Below the pieces are notes generated by a model. It ran no database searches and was not told the origin of the DNA. It worked only from the letters and a program-made list of their open reading frames with translations. A stretch of DNA of 64,000 nt, taken from NCBI GenBank assembly GCA_946188105.1, contig CAMHTQ010000002.1, positions 111,973 to 175,972 on the forward strand, written 5' to 3'. The DNA comes from an uncultured Alphaproteobacteria bacterium (GTDB taxonomy: Bacteria > Pseudomonadota > Alphaproteobacteria > Rs-D84). The position numbers were made by a program, and so were the translations under genes. Of this stretch, positions 21,659 to 32,043 are shown piece after piece; the first letter of the stretch is position 1; each line of letters starts with the position of its first letter.

Positions 21659-23932
21659 ATGAGAAACATTTTTTTATGTTTTTTGATGGTATTTTTATCT
21701 GCCACTGGTGCCGAGCATGCAATGGCCGCTGGTCGTTCTACACAAAAAAGGGATATAAACACTGATAATGTGCGGGTTGCAGCCCCGGTTCGTAATGGTG
21801 CAACACGTGCTGCGACGGTTGATACAACAACGCGTTCGGCAACATCTGCGACCAGAAATGCTAATACAACAAATCGTGGTAATGGTGGCAATGTGTCTGG
21901 AACGGTTGTATCACGCGGTGGAAATACATCATCTGTGGTGTCCAGGGGCAAAGAAAAAACACGTGGTAATGTCGTGATAAAACCCAGAACCAGAACAATA
22001 GATTTCGGCGAAAACATAGAAGACAACTATCATGCAGATGTCGTGGGACATAATATTACAACACGTGCTGCTATAAAAAGTGATAACAAGAAAATCACTG
22101 CCCAAGATGTCGCGGATGCCAAAGAATTATTGGAACAAACGGCCAGTTTAAATAAATCTTGTCAGGATCAATATAACGAATGTATGGATCAATTTTGTGC
22201 TGTGGTTGATTCAAACCAAAAACGGTGCAGTTGTTCCGCGAATTTATCAAAATATTCTGGTGTCCAAGAGGCTGTGACCAAGGCAAATGACGAATTGAAC
22301 GAGGTTGCACAACGTATCCGTTATGTCGGGTTGTCTGCTGATGAAATTCGTGCCATTATGACAGAAACAGAGGCCGAGGCAGAATTAAGTGGTAAAAAAG
22401 ATAATTCTGAAACTCGTAATATGTTGAATAGAATCGAGGCATTAATCAAAGATCCAACAACCAGCACAACAACAACCAGTTTGAACGATTTCAGTTTAGA
22501 TTCTGATTTGAATCTGGATTTGGATTTTTCAGAAAACAGTGCTGATATATTCAGTTTGAGTTTTATGGATACTGAAAGTGAAAGTATTTCTAATAAACGC
22601 GGAACGGCATTATACAATGCGGCAAGAAAACGTTGCAAAACAATTTTAACTAACTGTAAAGAAGTTGGTGCTACATCTACACAAATAACCGGCAATTATG
22701 ATTTGGCGATTGATAAAGATTGTATTGCATACGAACAAGGTTTGAAAAAAATGAATCAAACATTGCAATCCAATGTTCGTAGTGCTGGGTTAATGTTGCA
22801 AAAGGCACGTTTGGCGGTTTTACAAAACAAAAACCAATATGATATCAAGGGTTGTATGGGTGCATTGGAATCATGCATGACAGACGATATGGTATGTGGT
22901 GCTGATTATGAAAAATGTTTGGATCCAACCAAAAAATATATCGATGAAAATGGCAAGGTTGTATTGGGTCAAGACATCACATCAATCACCAGATTTATGC
23001 AGAATTTTAATGCTGCGGTTACATCCGATAAATTAGCCGAGGCATCAGCAACAACAATAAATGATGCGACTTGTTCGGATGATGGTTCTTGTGTTATGAA
23101 ATATTTATTAACCAAGATAGGAACCGGTAACAGTGTCAAAGACGGTGGATTATGTCGTGCGGTATTGGATAAATGCCAACAATATACATACAAGGGCGAT
23201 AACAGTGCCTATATTCCTTTTAATGATGTTGTTGTGAATTATATTCAACGTGCAATGGTTAATATCAAATCATCCCAGCATAAAATTATATCTGACTATG
23301 CTTCAACCTGTATGACCGAGGTTGCATCATGTTATAATCAACAGGTATCTCAGGTTAATTCTTGGTCTTCATCTGCCAGTGTTTCCAGTATTAAAAGTGT
23401 AATGACTGGTGCATGTCGTAATGTTGCTTTGACTTGTTCATATTCTGTATTTGCAAATCTGTGTGCCGAGGATGCATCAAACCTTACCAGTTGGGTCTTA
23501 AAAGAAGATTCACAACAAACATCTGGTGGCGAGGGTGAGCAAAACCCAAGTTCAAGTTGCACACCATGTGATAAGGATCATCAAACAGCATGTCTCGAAG
23601 GAATATCTGGTATATTCTATCAGTCGTTATTATGCCCAGAAAATTCTACCTATGCATTTACATCTGATTCATCAGAATCTTGTTCATCAACCAACACATA
23701 CTCTTCAAATCGTATGAAACAGGGATGCGTGAATACTCAATGCAAATGTAATGCTGGATATACTTCATGGAATGGTTCTTGCTTGGCCAGTTGTGCAGAC
23801 ACAGAATATCGTGATGATTATGGTGTGTGTCAAAAATGTACTGGCACAGATCGTCAGTTGGGCGGTGGCACAGTCAATGATGGTGTTGTAACAGGGGAAT
23901 ACAACAAGTGTGAAACAGTTACTTCCGAGTAG
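21659..23932 (+). CDS. Large secreted Cys-rich protein, paralog 2 (757 aa), with a C-terminal EGF-like cysteine signature
   Basis: Signal peptide MRNIFLCFLMVFLSATGAEHAMA. An R/T/N-rich disordered region containing ATR repeats. Cys-rich domain ECMDQFCAV...KRCSCSAN and CRAVLDKC, aligning with paralog 1. Near the C-terminus CKCNAGYTSWNGSCLASC fits the EGF pattern C-x-C-x2-G-Y-x5-C. Confidence 0.7.
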   Translation: MRNIFLCFLMVFLSATGAEHAMAAGRSTQKRDINTDNVRVAAPVRNGATRAATVDTTTRSATSATRNANTTNRGNGGNVSGTVVSRGGNTSSVVSRGKEKTRGNVVIKPRTRTIDFGENIEDNYHADVVGHNITTRAAIKSDNKKITAQDVADAKELLEQTASLNKSCQDQYNECMDQFCAVVDSNQKRCSCSANLSKYSGVQEAVTKANDELNEVAQRIRYVGLSADEIRAIMTETEAEAELSGKKDNSETRNMLNRIEALIKDPTTSTTTTSLNDFSLDSDLNLDLDFSENSADIFSLSFMDTESESISNKRGTALYNAARKRCKTILTNCKEVGATSTQITGNYDLAIDKDCIAYEQGLKKMNQTLQSNVRSAGLMLQKARLAVLQNKNQYDIKGCMGALESCMTDDMVCGADYEKCLDPTKKYIDENGKVVLGQDITSITRFMQNFNAAVTSDKLAEASATTINDATCSDDGSCVMKYLLTKIGTGNSVKDGGLCRAVLDKCQQYTYKGDNSAYIPFNDVVVNYIQRAMVNIKSSQHKIISDYASTCMTEVASCYNQQVSQVNSWSSSASVSSIKSVMTGACRNVALTCSYSVFANLCAEDASNLTSWVLKEDSQQTSGGEGEQNPSSSCTPCDKDHQTACLEGISGIFYQSLLCPENSTYAFTSDSSESCSSTNTYSSNRMKQGCVNTQCKCNAGYTSWNGSCLASCADTEYRDDYGVCQKCTGTDRQLGGGTVNDGVVTGEYNKCETVTSE

Positions 23933-24602
23933 TTATTTTTTCCATAAATTTATTATGATTATCTAACTCTTCCTGATGCGCTGGGAAACTGCGCTTTGGA
24001 AAGTTTGCACCAATTTTTGGGTGTTTTAAAAATGCCTCGTGCTGTTCAGCAATAATATCTTGAACATTTGGTGCTGGTGCAGTATTTTCCAGTTCCAAAA
24101 ATACCTTGGCTAAAATTTCTGCGTCAATTAACGCACCGTGTGCATCGGCACGTGCAGTCAACGGCACACCAAACCATTTTGCCAATGCATCCAATGTATA
24201 TGCCTTGGGTCCGAATACACGATTACGGGCAATAACAATTGAATCCATCTGTTGTTCACGTGAAATTTGTGGTAATCCTAATTTGGCCAATTCAAAGTTC
24301 AAGAAAGGAAAGTCAAAATCAAAACCATTGTGTGCAACAACAGGACTATCTTTGATAAACTCCAAGAATTTAGGGGCGATTTCAGACATTTTTGGTTTGT
24401 CTTCCAAAAAAGCATTAGAAATTTTATGCACCATATATGTTTCTGGCGGAATAATTTTTCCCTCTGGATTTATATATTCATGAAAGGTATTTTCTGTTAA
24501 AACACCATCCAACAATTCAACCGCGCCAATTTCGATACATCTGTCACCACGCGTCCATTCAAATCCAGTCGTTTCAATATCAAAACAAATAATTCTTGCC
24601 AT
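23919..24602 (-). CDS. dnaQ: DNA polymerase III epsilon subunit-like 3'-5' exonuclease (DEDDh)
   Basis: 227 aa. Exo I motif ICFDIETTG, Exo II HNGFDFDFPFL, and Exo III ...HGALIDAEIL. Confidence 0.85.
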   Translation of the reverse strand: MARIICFDIETTGFEWTRGDRCIEIGAVELLDGVLTENTFHEYINPEGKIIPPETYMVHKISNAFLEDKPKMSEIAPKFLEFIKDSPVVAHNGFDFDFPFLNFELAKLGLPQISREQQMDSIVIARNRVFGPKAYTLDALAKWFGVPLTARADAHGALIDAEILAKVFLELENTAPAPNVQDIIAEQHEAFLKHPKIGANFPKRSFPAHQEELDNHNKFMEKITTRK

Positions 24603-24660
24603 AATTTCCCCTTAAAAAATCTGATTGAGATACCATTATTTTTTGTATTATAATAAAGCC

Positions 24661-26724
24661 ATGCAATTAAATCTAGAAAATCTTAACGCAGAACAAATTC
24701 GTGCTGTAAAACATACCCAGGGGCCATTATTGGTGTTGGCGGGGGCTGGAACTGGGAAAACCCGGGTTTTAACCACCAGAATTGGATATATTTTGTCCCA
24801 AGATTTTGCAAAACCATGGGAAATTTTGGCACTGACATTTACAAACAAGGCCGCAAACGAGATGAAATCCAGAATTGATGCAATGGGCCAGGGGGCTTTT
24901 TATGCACACGATATCTGGTGTGGTACATTTCATTCAATGTGTCTGCGGATTTTAAAGGCAAATCATGCCACGGCCAACCTGCGACCTGACTTTTTAATTT
25001 ATGGCGAAGACGACCAAAAATCAGTTATAAAAAGTGTTTTAACAGATTTAAATTTAACAACAACGAAAAAACCAGCAGAATATGTCGAGGATTTTTCCAG
25101 AATCAAAGATCGTGGATTACCCAGTCAAGAAAGCAAAGATAAGGTTTTTCTGGCATATAACGACAGATTGAAACAATTATCTGCCCTGGATTTTGGCGAT
25201 ATAATTTTACGCACATTGCAGCTGTTCCAAGAAAATCAAGCGATTTTGGAACATTATCAACAAAAGTTTAAATACATATTGGTTGATGAATTCCAAGATA
25301 CAAATGCCGCACAAATGCAATTACTGAATTTTTTAACCCGGGGCAAAGAATCACCAAACATTTGTTGTGTTGGCGATGATGATCAATCTATCTATTCTTG
25401 GCGCGGTGCCGAAATAAAAAATATTTTAGATTTTGAAAAAACATTTCCGGGTGCTGAAATTATCCGGCTGGAAACAAATTACCGCAGCACAGGAAATATT
25501 TTAGGTGCTGCAAATTCATTGATTCAGCATAATACAGGTCGTTTGGGTAAAGATTTAAAAACCGCTGTATCAGATTATTCTGGTGAAAAGGTTTATGCAT
25601 TGACTTTGCCATCTGATTTAGACGAGGTAAAATTCATTGCTGATGCGATTATTCGTGATGGTGCGATATACAATAATAAAACAATTTTAATTCGTTCTGG
25701 GGGGCTTTCTCGTTTGTTTGAAGAAGAGTTTATCCGCAGACAAATTCCATATCGTTTAATTGGTGCGACCAAGTTCTATGAAAGAACCGAGGTTCGTGAT
25801 GCCGTATGTTATATCAGGTTGTTGGTTCATCCATTTGATGATATGTCTTTCTTGCGTATAATCGGAAGACCCAGCCGTCACATTGGACCAGCTGCGATTG
25901 AAAAAATACGTGCCTGTGGGTCAAATTTAATGGCTGGATTACGTGCATGTGAATTAAAAGGTAAACAGAAAGAATCTGCGCACGAGTTTTTATCTGCATT
26001 TGATTTTGATTGGGAAAATATGACACCACGTGATGCTGCACAAAAATTATTGGATGATTCTGGTTATATTAAAATGTGGCAAGAATCCAAAGACCCAGAT
26101 GCACACGAAAGAATAAATCATATTCGCGAATTGATAAATGATGTTGTTGCAAAATACGATTCTTTGAATGAGTTTTTGGAACAAGCAGCATTGATGATGA
26201 CCGATGATAATGATGAACCAGATATTCAAAATAATAATGCTATAAATATAATGACAATACATGCCGCCAAAGGATTGGAATACGATACTGTATTTTTGCC
26301 AGCATGGGAAGAGGGTGTTTTTCCAAATGAAAAATCCACCCAGGATGGCTCGGTCGAAGAAGAAAGACGTTTGGCATATGTTGCTTTAACACGCGCAAAA
26401 AAATTAGCGATTATAACAAATGCAGTGTCCAGGTTATTATATGGCGAACGCAAATATAATGCCCCCAGTCGTTTTATCAGCGAAATGGATTCTGCGTATC
26501 TAAGTTTTGGTAACGACAGACCAACACCAAAACCATATCAACCACAAAATCATTATGTGAAAAAGACATTTGTAAAACCACGTGAAACACTTGTCGGTCG
26601 TCAGGCAAAACATGTCGAATATGGCACTGGTGTTATTATCGAAGAAGGTACAGGAATTTTAACGATTGCATTTGGTTCACGTGGAATAAAAAAGATTGCA
26701 AAAGATTTTGTAGAAATTTTGTAA
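24661..26724 (+). CDS. uvrD: ATP-dependent DNA helicase UvrD/PcrA family
   Basis: Motif I GAGTGKT, motif Ia, motif II DEFQDTN, and later helicase motifs (TIHAAKGLE, VALTRAK). The start is placed at ATG 24661. The ORF-track 24625 start would abut the divergent dnaQ start. Confidence 0.9.
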   Translation: MQLNLENLNAEQIRAVKHTQGPLLVLAGAGTGKTRVLTTRIGYILSQDFAKPWEILALTFTNKAANEMKSRIDAMGQGAFYAHDIWCGTFHSMCLRILKANHATANLRPDFLIYGEDDQKSVIKSVLTDLNLTTTKKPAEYVEDFSRIKDRGLPSQESKDKVFLAYNDRLKQLSALDFGDIILRTLQLFQENQAILEHYQQKFKYILVDEFQDTNAAQMQLLNFLTRGKESPNICCVGDDDQSIYSWRGAEIKNILDFEKTFPGAEIIRLETNYRSTGNILGAANSLIQHNTGRLGKDLKTAVSDYSGEKVYALTLPSDLDEVKFIADAIIRDGAIYNNKTILIRSGGLSRLFEEEFIRRQIPYRLIGATKFYERTEVRDAVCYIRLLVHPFDDMSFLRIIGRPSRHIGPAAIEKIRACGSNLMAGLRACELKGKQKESAHEFLSAFDFDWENMTPRDAAQKLLDDSGYIKMWQESKDPDAHERINHIRELINDVVAKYDSLNEFLEQAALMMTDDNDEPDIQNNNAINIMTIHAAKGLEYDTVFLPAWEEGVFPNEKSTQDGSVEEERRLAYVALTRAKKLAIITNAVSRLLYGERKYNAPSRFISEMDSAYLSFGNDRPTPKPYQPQNHYVKKTFVKPRETLVGRQAKHVEYGTGVIIEEGTGILTIAFGSRGIKKIAKDFVEIL

Positions 26725-27999
26725 TTATTTTTTCAACTTGCGGATGCTTTCAAAATTCTTTTTGGTTTTTTTCCATAAACCTGTAATATCTTTTTGAACT
26801 TGTTGACCTAAACCGTCGTCAATCTTGCCACCCCATTCCTCAGCCAAATTTTGTGCTTTTTCTGCCATATAACAAACCAATAACAATGTCAAAATTAAAA
26901 TGATTGCACCACCAATACCATCCATATTTGCACTGGCTGAAATTTGACCTGATGATGCATCTATGACAAAAGATAGCAAGGATATTGCAACCCCAATCGC
27001 AACAGACAAACATACGAAATACAATGCAGCTTTGATAAAACGATTTATCTGTTTTTCTAAACTTTCGCCTTTGAATATTGACAGAAAAGTATTAAATATA
27101 TCGCCGGCAACACCTTTGTAGTTTGTTTTAGCGGTTGTTTCTGCAATAGCGGTAAATGGCAATAACATCATCGCCAAGAATAAATCAGCAATAACCCCCA
27201 GTGCGACAAACAAAAATTTCCAAATACATTTCAAAGCCAAATATGTTACATATAAACCGATAATCACAGAAAATAAACTGACCCCGACGCCACCAACAAC
27301 CCATTTCCAACCAATGCCCATTATTGTTACAAAAAATCCTGACATTTGTGACGGAATACATAATAATCCAGCCGCAGATTCAGCACTGATTGATAATCCA
27401 GCGGGGGTATTTGCCTTGGCATATTGTTCAATCGCCGCACAATTATCAGGAATACTGAATCCAGCCAAACTGGTTACCGATTCCCAAATCACGTGTGATA
27501 TGTATGTTCCTGCGGCCACAATAGGCACCATAATCATCGCAAATGTTTCTGCGATTCCATATTTTAATACAATCAACCATACAGAAATCCAAATACCTTT
27601 GATTAAAATAGTTTTGACGGCTTCTTTGGCATCAGACCCATTTTCAATCAAATTGTATGCTTCGAAAGCAACCCAGAAAGCATAAGCCAACAGCATAAAC
27701 ATCAAAGCAAAACGAACCAACGAAGAATCTAATGCTTTGCCAATACTGGACAATCCGCCCATAAATGCCAAACCAATTTTTGCCTCGATTGGAACAAATG
27801 TTCCCTGTACATTTGATGCTGTTGGACCAAAATTATTTAACTCGTTGGTTATTGTTCCATTAACCAATTCACGATTTTGTGGTGTTGCCCACAAACCATA
27901 ATCACCGATGTCTGTTTCTGCGGCAAAGCCAGGCAATGCGATGAATACAGCAACCACAGCAATCATAATTTTCTTAAAAAGATTAGCCAACATCATCAT
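26725..27999 (-). CDS. virB6: VirB6/TrbL-like polytopic membrane protein, paralog 5 of array (424 aa)
   Basis: Signal peptide, six or more hydrophobic helices, a periplasmic loop with a Cys pair, and a Lys-rich cytoplasmic tail (WKKTKKNFESIRKLKK). This topology is shared with the four neighbouring paralogs, and tandem multiplication is typical of Rickettsiales rvhB6. Confidence 0.55.
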   Translation of the reverse strand: MMMLANLFKKIMIAVVAVFIALPGFAAETDIGDYGLWATPQNRELVNGTITNELNNFGPTASNVQGTFVPIEAKIGLAFMGGLSSIGKALDSSLVRFALMFMLLAYAFWVAFEAYNLIENGSDAKEAVKTILIKGIWISVWLIVLKYGIAETFAMIMVPIVAAGTYISHVIWESVTSLAGFSIPDNCAAIEQYAKANTPAGLSISAESAAGLLCIPSQMSGFFVTIMGIGWKWVVGGVGVSLFSVIIGLYVTYLALKCIWKFLFVALGVIADLFLAMMLLPFTAIAETTAKTNYKGVAGDIFNTFLSIFKGESLEKQINRFIKAALYFVCLSVAIGVAISLLSFVIDASSGQISASANMDGIGGAIILILTLLLVCYMAEKAQNLAEEWGGKIDDGLGQQVQKDITGLWKKTKKNFESIRKLKK

Positions 28000-29495
28000 T
28001 TAATAAACCCATTGTCCTTCAGCCGTTTAACAGCACCGTTCCACCATTTTCCAGGGGCGCGCCAAACCTTTTGTCCCAATTCGTATGTCCATTTACCAAT
28101 ATCAAATTGTTCGCCTGTGGACATATCTGTATTTTCATCCTGTGCCAAAGGTAATTTAACCTTGCTCGCAGGTAACAGTGCATCAATTTTTGGACTTACC
28201 ACATAATAATACAGCAAGAACATACCAAACATAGTTATCAAGAAATCCCATGTGCTGCTCAAATAATCAAATGCCCCCGGGTGCACAGCCTCGATTTGTT
28301 GTTTTTGTTCCAGAAAACATGGTTTGAATTTGTCAGCATCAACCAAACCATCAGCATCTTTGGATTCTGCTTCGCACTTTTTAAATGCATAGATAACAGA
28401 TTCAGATTCCGGTGTTGCATTTGGTGTAACATTTGTTTCCAACAATGGTGGCAATATAGATGTATATCCATCAACTGGACCAGGAAACATCGCATCTGCG
28501 GAATAATAAACAATAGAGAACAGCAAAACAATTTTCAAAGTAATAGATATAACAGAAATCGCCGCCTCGATAACTTTTCCTAATGCTTTACGGAACAGTC
28601 CCGATGCCGCTTTCCAAACTTTTTCGTATGCCGCTGCCGCAATCAATAATGGCAAGAATATAATTACAAAAACAACTTTGAATAAAATAGAAAAAATCTG
28701 AAAGAACAAATCAAAACCAATCACCATAAATGCCAACACCATTAAAAATCCAGAAATCCATGTCAGCATTCCACCGCCCAGCCCCAGCCATGCATAATTC
28801 ATCAAAGAAAATCCACCGGCCGCCCCAGCCAACATTACAGAATATAAATTTCCAAGAACACACATAAATGCCCCAGATACCGCAGCCATAGATCCAGATA
28901 ATTCTGTTGCACCCAAAATAACATTACAATCCGCAGCAGAATTAACCCCCGTTGCAGCCATAGATAAAGCAGCACCAATATATAAAATAGGTGAAATTAA
29001 AATTTCAGAAACAATTTTTAATGCATCTGTGCCACCCATACTTAATGCACCAATCGCGGCACCCGCAATCAAGATTCTTAAACCTAATTTCCATACTGGA
29101 TCAAACCAAGTTTTAAAATCCATATCATTTGCGCTATCCGTATATTCAGCATTTTTCTTTGCTTTTTCCCAGATATATTTAACCGCAGAAATAAACATAT
29201 AAATTGCAAATCCGGCAATCATCAAAATCCACAGGTTATCAACAATCCCAGCCCAAAACATTTCTGATGCCTGGCCCAGCATATTTAACAATTCAACAAC
29301 ATAAGATCCTAAAAACAGGGTGCCAGCATTGCTAACATCATCTTGGGCACCAATGGCGGTCATAAAACTGTCAACCGATGTATATGTTATTGCCGAGCCA
29401 CCAATAGACGAAGACAAATACCAAATCCCCAGCCCAATTGCAATCAGGACACCAACGATTTTAAGTATAATAGCAATCCATTGGAATTTGTTCAT
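27996..29495 (-). CDS. virB6: VirB6/TrbL-like polytopic membrane protein, paralog 4 (499 aa)
   Basis: Multiple TM helices and a K-rich C-tail (GKWWNGAVKRLKDNGFIK). Its stop overlaps the next gene's start by 4 nt, indicating a translationally coupled operon. Confidence 0.55.
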   Translation of the reverse strand: MNKFQWIAIILKIVGVLIAIGLGIWYLSSSIGGSAITYTSVDSFMTAIGAQDDVSNAGTLFLGSYVVELLNMLGQASEMFWAGIVDNLWILMIAGFAIYMFISAVKYIWEKAKKNAEYTDSANDMDFKTWFDPVWKLGLRILIAGAAIGALSMGGTDALKIVSEILISPILYIGAALSMAATGVNSAADCNVILGATELSGSMAAVSGAFMCVLGNLYSVMLAGAAGGFSLMNYAWLGLGGGMLTWISGFLMVLAFMVIGFDLFFQIFSILFKVVFVIIFLPLLIAAAAYEKVWKAASGLFRKALGKVIEAAISVISITLKIVLLFSIVYYSADAMFPGPVDGYTSILPPLLETNVTPNATPESESVIYAFKKCEAESKDADGLVDADKFKPCFLEQKQQIEAVHPGAFDYLSSTWDFLITMFGMFLLYYYVVSPKIDALLPASKVKLPLAQDENTDMSTGEQFDIGKWTYELGQKVWRAPGKWWNGAVKRLKDNGFIK

Positions 29496-29500
29496 TTACT

Positions 29501-30703
29501 CTATTCCTTTTGTCCCCGTTTAATAACAGTTTTAGCAACAGTTTTTGTTTTATCCCAAAAACTTTTTGTTGCATTCATAATACTGTCGCCCCATTCTTTG
29601 CCGACCTTGTTGTCGCCAGCAGAAACTTCAAACATACCCAAAATCATCTTTGTGATATTTGGTATGTTATCATAAATAAATGTCAAAACATAAACTAAAA
29701 CAACAACACTGGTTATACTTAAATCACTGAGCCCACTTGTATCCAAATCTGTTTCAAATACAGTTCCAGACATAATAGAATTCAATAAAGATTCATAATT
29801 ATCCATACCATCTGAGCCAGTAAAGAATCTTGCCATAATAACCAAAATAACGGTGTAAGTAATTACAGCAACACCCAAAGAAATAATAGCACTAATCAAA
29901 TTTTTGATTTGTTCTATACCGACACCTTTACCCAATGTTTTTACCCAAGACAGCCAACCAGGAGTGTCTGCAACATCTTTGAATGCGGTTGTAACCAATG
30001 ATAAAGGAAAGAAAAATGCAAACATGGCCATAGCAATAATCACATCCGCAAAATAGCACAAAAATTTAAAAAACATTTTCAAAAAAGCCCAGAACAAATA
30101 CACACCAATAAGTGCCAACAGCAAATGTTTTATAAATGCACCAATACCAAAAAACATTTCCCAAGAAAATCCGGCATCTAACATTGCCACACCCAAAGAC
30201 ATAAAGTTTTGAAATTGTGTAATAGTAATCTTGGCAACATTTATGACGGCATCACGCAGTTCAGGCCGGAATAAACCCTCGTCCTCTTCCATCGGTATCG
30301 GGGTATAAGTAACACGGGTATCTATATTTTCAGGGGTTGTTTTTAACATTGCTGTTGCATATGTTTGTGTAACATAAGCCACAGGTTCAAAAGTTACCGT
30401 TGTAACAAAACGTGGTAACATAACACCCATACCCAAAAAAGCCAAAGCAAATAAAGAGTTCACAAATACAGGACGCAAAGATTTATCAAACCAACCATCT
30501 TGAAATCCTGTGGTTATATTTTTCCATACAGCACCAAAAATATAGAAAGAAAATATTGCACAAAATAAAATGGTGCATATAACAACGAATCTGGGATACA
30601 CAACAGCCGCAGCATCAGATATAATCTGGAACATTCGGTCAAACACAGGGCAAGACCAACATTGCACAGTACTGTTTATAAAATCCTGACCCATTTCCGT
30701 CAT
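29501..30703 (-). CDS. virB6: VirB6/TrbL-like polytopic membrane protein, paralog 3 (400 aa)
   Basis: N-terminal CWSC motif (VQCWSCPVFDRMF) shared with the divergent paralog at 32044. Multi-TM. K-rich tail. Confidence 0.55.
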   Translation of the reverse strand: MTEMGQDFINSTVQCWSCPVFDRMFQIISDAAAVVYPRFVVICTILFCAIFSFYIFGAVWKNITTGFQDGWFDKSLRPVFVNSLFALAFLGMGVMLPRFVTTVTFEPVAYVTQTYATAMLKTTPENIDTRVTYTPIPMEEDEGLFRPELRDAVINVAKITITQFQNFMSLGVAMLDAGFSWEMFFGIGAFIKHLLLALIGVYLFWAFLKMFFKFLCYFADVIIAMAMFAFFFPLSLVTTAFKDVADTPGWLSWVKTLGKGVGIEQIKNLISAIISLGVAVITYTVILVIMARFFTGSDGMDNYESLLNSIMSGTVFETDLDTSGLSDLSITSVVVLVYVLTFIYDNIPNITKMILGMFEVSAGDNKVGKEWGDSIMNATKSFWDKTKTVAKTVIKRGQKE

Positions 30704-31983
30704 TATTTTCCTTTAACCGTTTTCCATACGTTTTTGACACTGCCTGGGAAAGATTTAATTTTACCCCATCCCAATTTTGCATCGCCTTTGACTTGTTCAT
30801 ACAATCTGGTTGCATCTGAACCAACATAACCAGTCAATTTCTTCTTTGTAATTTCAAATAATCTGTTCATTAAAAAGAACGTCAATATACATGACAACCA
30901 CAACATAGAATGTCCTGCAAAACCGCTGGCATTTGCGGTCATATTTGGCAGATTAGAATATGCCGTTCCACCCGCCGCGGCAACAAACATACGATTGTTC
31001 CATTGGAATAATGCACTGACCAATGCCAGATTGACACACAAAATAAATGCACATGCAATCATAGTGATAACGATTTTCTTTAATGCCTCGATAATGCCAG
31101 AAAAGGCCGGCCAAATATCAAACCAACTATCACTTTTTTTTGCAACCCATGCGGCAACATTAAACGGATATAAAATCAAAGCCATACCAAAATCAAATAT
31201 CGCCTGAATAATCAACAGCGCCATAAATAAATTACACCCAGTAAATGTAATAATCAGCAATATTCCAGTTACGATATTCATGAAACCTTGACCGCTGTTA
31301 TGCACCACCAATGTAGCCAAAGATTGTAATCCACTGGCCAAATATCTGAATCCGCGTTTTATAACATTATTGTTTGCACGCGACAATTCATGTACAGGTG
31401 CAATTAAATATTCGCAAGATTCTTTATCCAACCATCCTTGTTCCAACAAATTGTCAGGGCATTTAATCGGATTGACAGCCCCAGTTTGTATTTTTGCAGA
31501 TTGATTCATAACCTCGGTAGTGTACAAAGAACCAAAACTTAAAAATGGGTTTATAACATTTTTTGCGATTGTTTGTGGGTTTAATGGCAATAACAAAATA
31601 ACAGCAACCAATACACGAATCCCAGGTTTTACAATATTATCTGCAATTTTCATACCTGTTGTATTATCAATAGAATCACCAGATTTAAACCCAAATGTAG
31701 AAAGCCAAAATTTAGGTATGTATAATTTTATTAAATACGAAATTATGTAAAAAATAAAAAATCCCCAAACCAGTAAATAAACAATACCGTCATGATGAGG
31801 CCCAACGAAATAAGTGTATGTTCCATTTGCAACAAACATAAAAGCATCTAATACAATTGGAACCAATCCAGAAATATCCAATGAATCTACATCAATCAAA
31901 CCCCATCCAGCAAAAGCACTGTGTGGCACAATCGTACCAAACAGCAAGCATATTCCATATAAAAATTTTTTTATTAAATTCAT
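30703..31983 (-). CDS. virB6: VirB6/TrbL-like polytopic membrane protein, paralog 2 (426 aa)
   Basis: Signal peptide MNLIKKFLYGICLLFGTIVPHSAFA. A large first periplasmic loop with a Cys pair (IKCPDN...ESCEY), then five or more TM helices and a K-rich tail (VKNVWKTVKGK). Confidence 0.55.
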   Translation of the reverse strand: MNLIKKFLYGICLLFGTIVPHSAFAGWGLIDVDSLDISGLVPIVLDAFMFVANGTYTYFVGPHHDGIVYLLVWGFFIFYIISYLIKLYIPKFWLSTFGFKSGDSIDNTTGMKIADNIVKPGIRVLVAVILLLPLNPQTIAKNVINPFLSFGSLYTTEVMNQSAKIQTGAVNPIKCPDNLLEQGWLDKESCEYLIAPVHELSRANNNVIKRGFRYLASGLQSLATLVVHNSGQGFMNIVTGILLIITFTGCNLFMALLIIQAIFDFGMALILYPFNVAAWVAKKSDSWFDIWPAFSGIIEALKKIVITMIACAFILCVNLALVSALFQWNNRMFVAAAGGTAYSNLPNMTANASGFAGHSMLWLSCILTFFLMNRLFEITKKKLTGYVGSDATRLYEQVKGDAKLGWGKIKSFPGSVKNVWKTVKGK

Positions 31984-32043
31984 CTTAAATAATTATTATT
32001 GTAATTATATCATAAATTGGTAAAAATATGTTATAATTAAAAT

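Noticed and set aside
24625-24660. Upstream extension of uvrD (ORF-track start at 24625, MRYHYFLYYNKA...)
   Set aside because: The extension would leave only 22 nt between the divergent dnaQ and uvrD starts and adds a non-conserved peptide. The ATG at 24661, preceding the conserved helicase N-terminus, is preferred.
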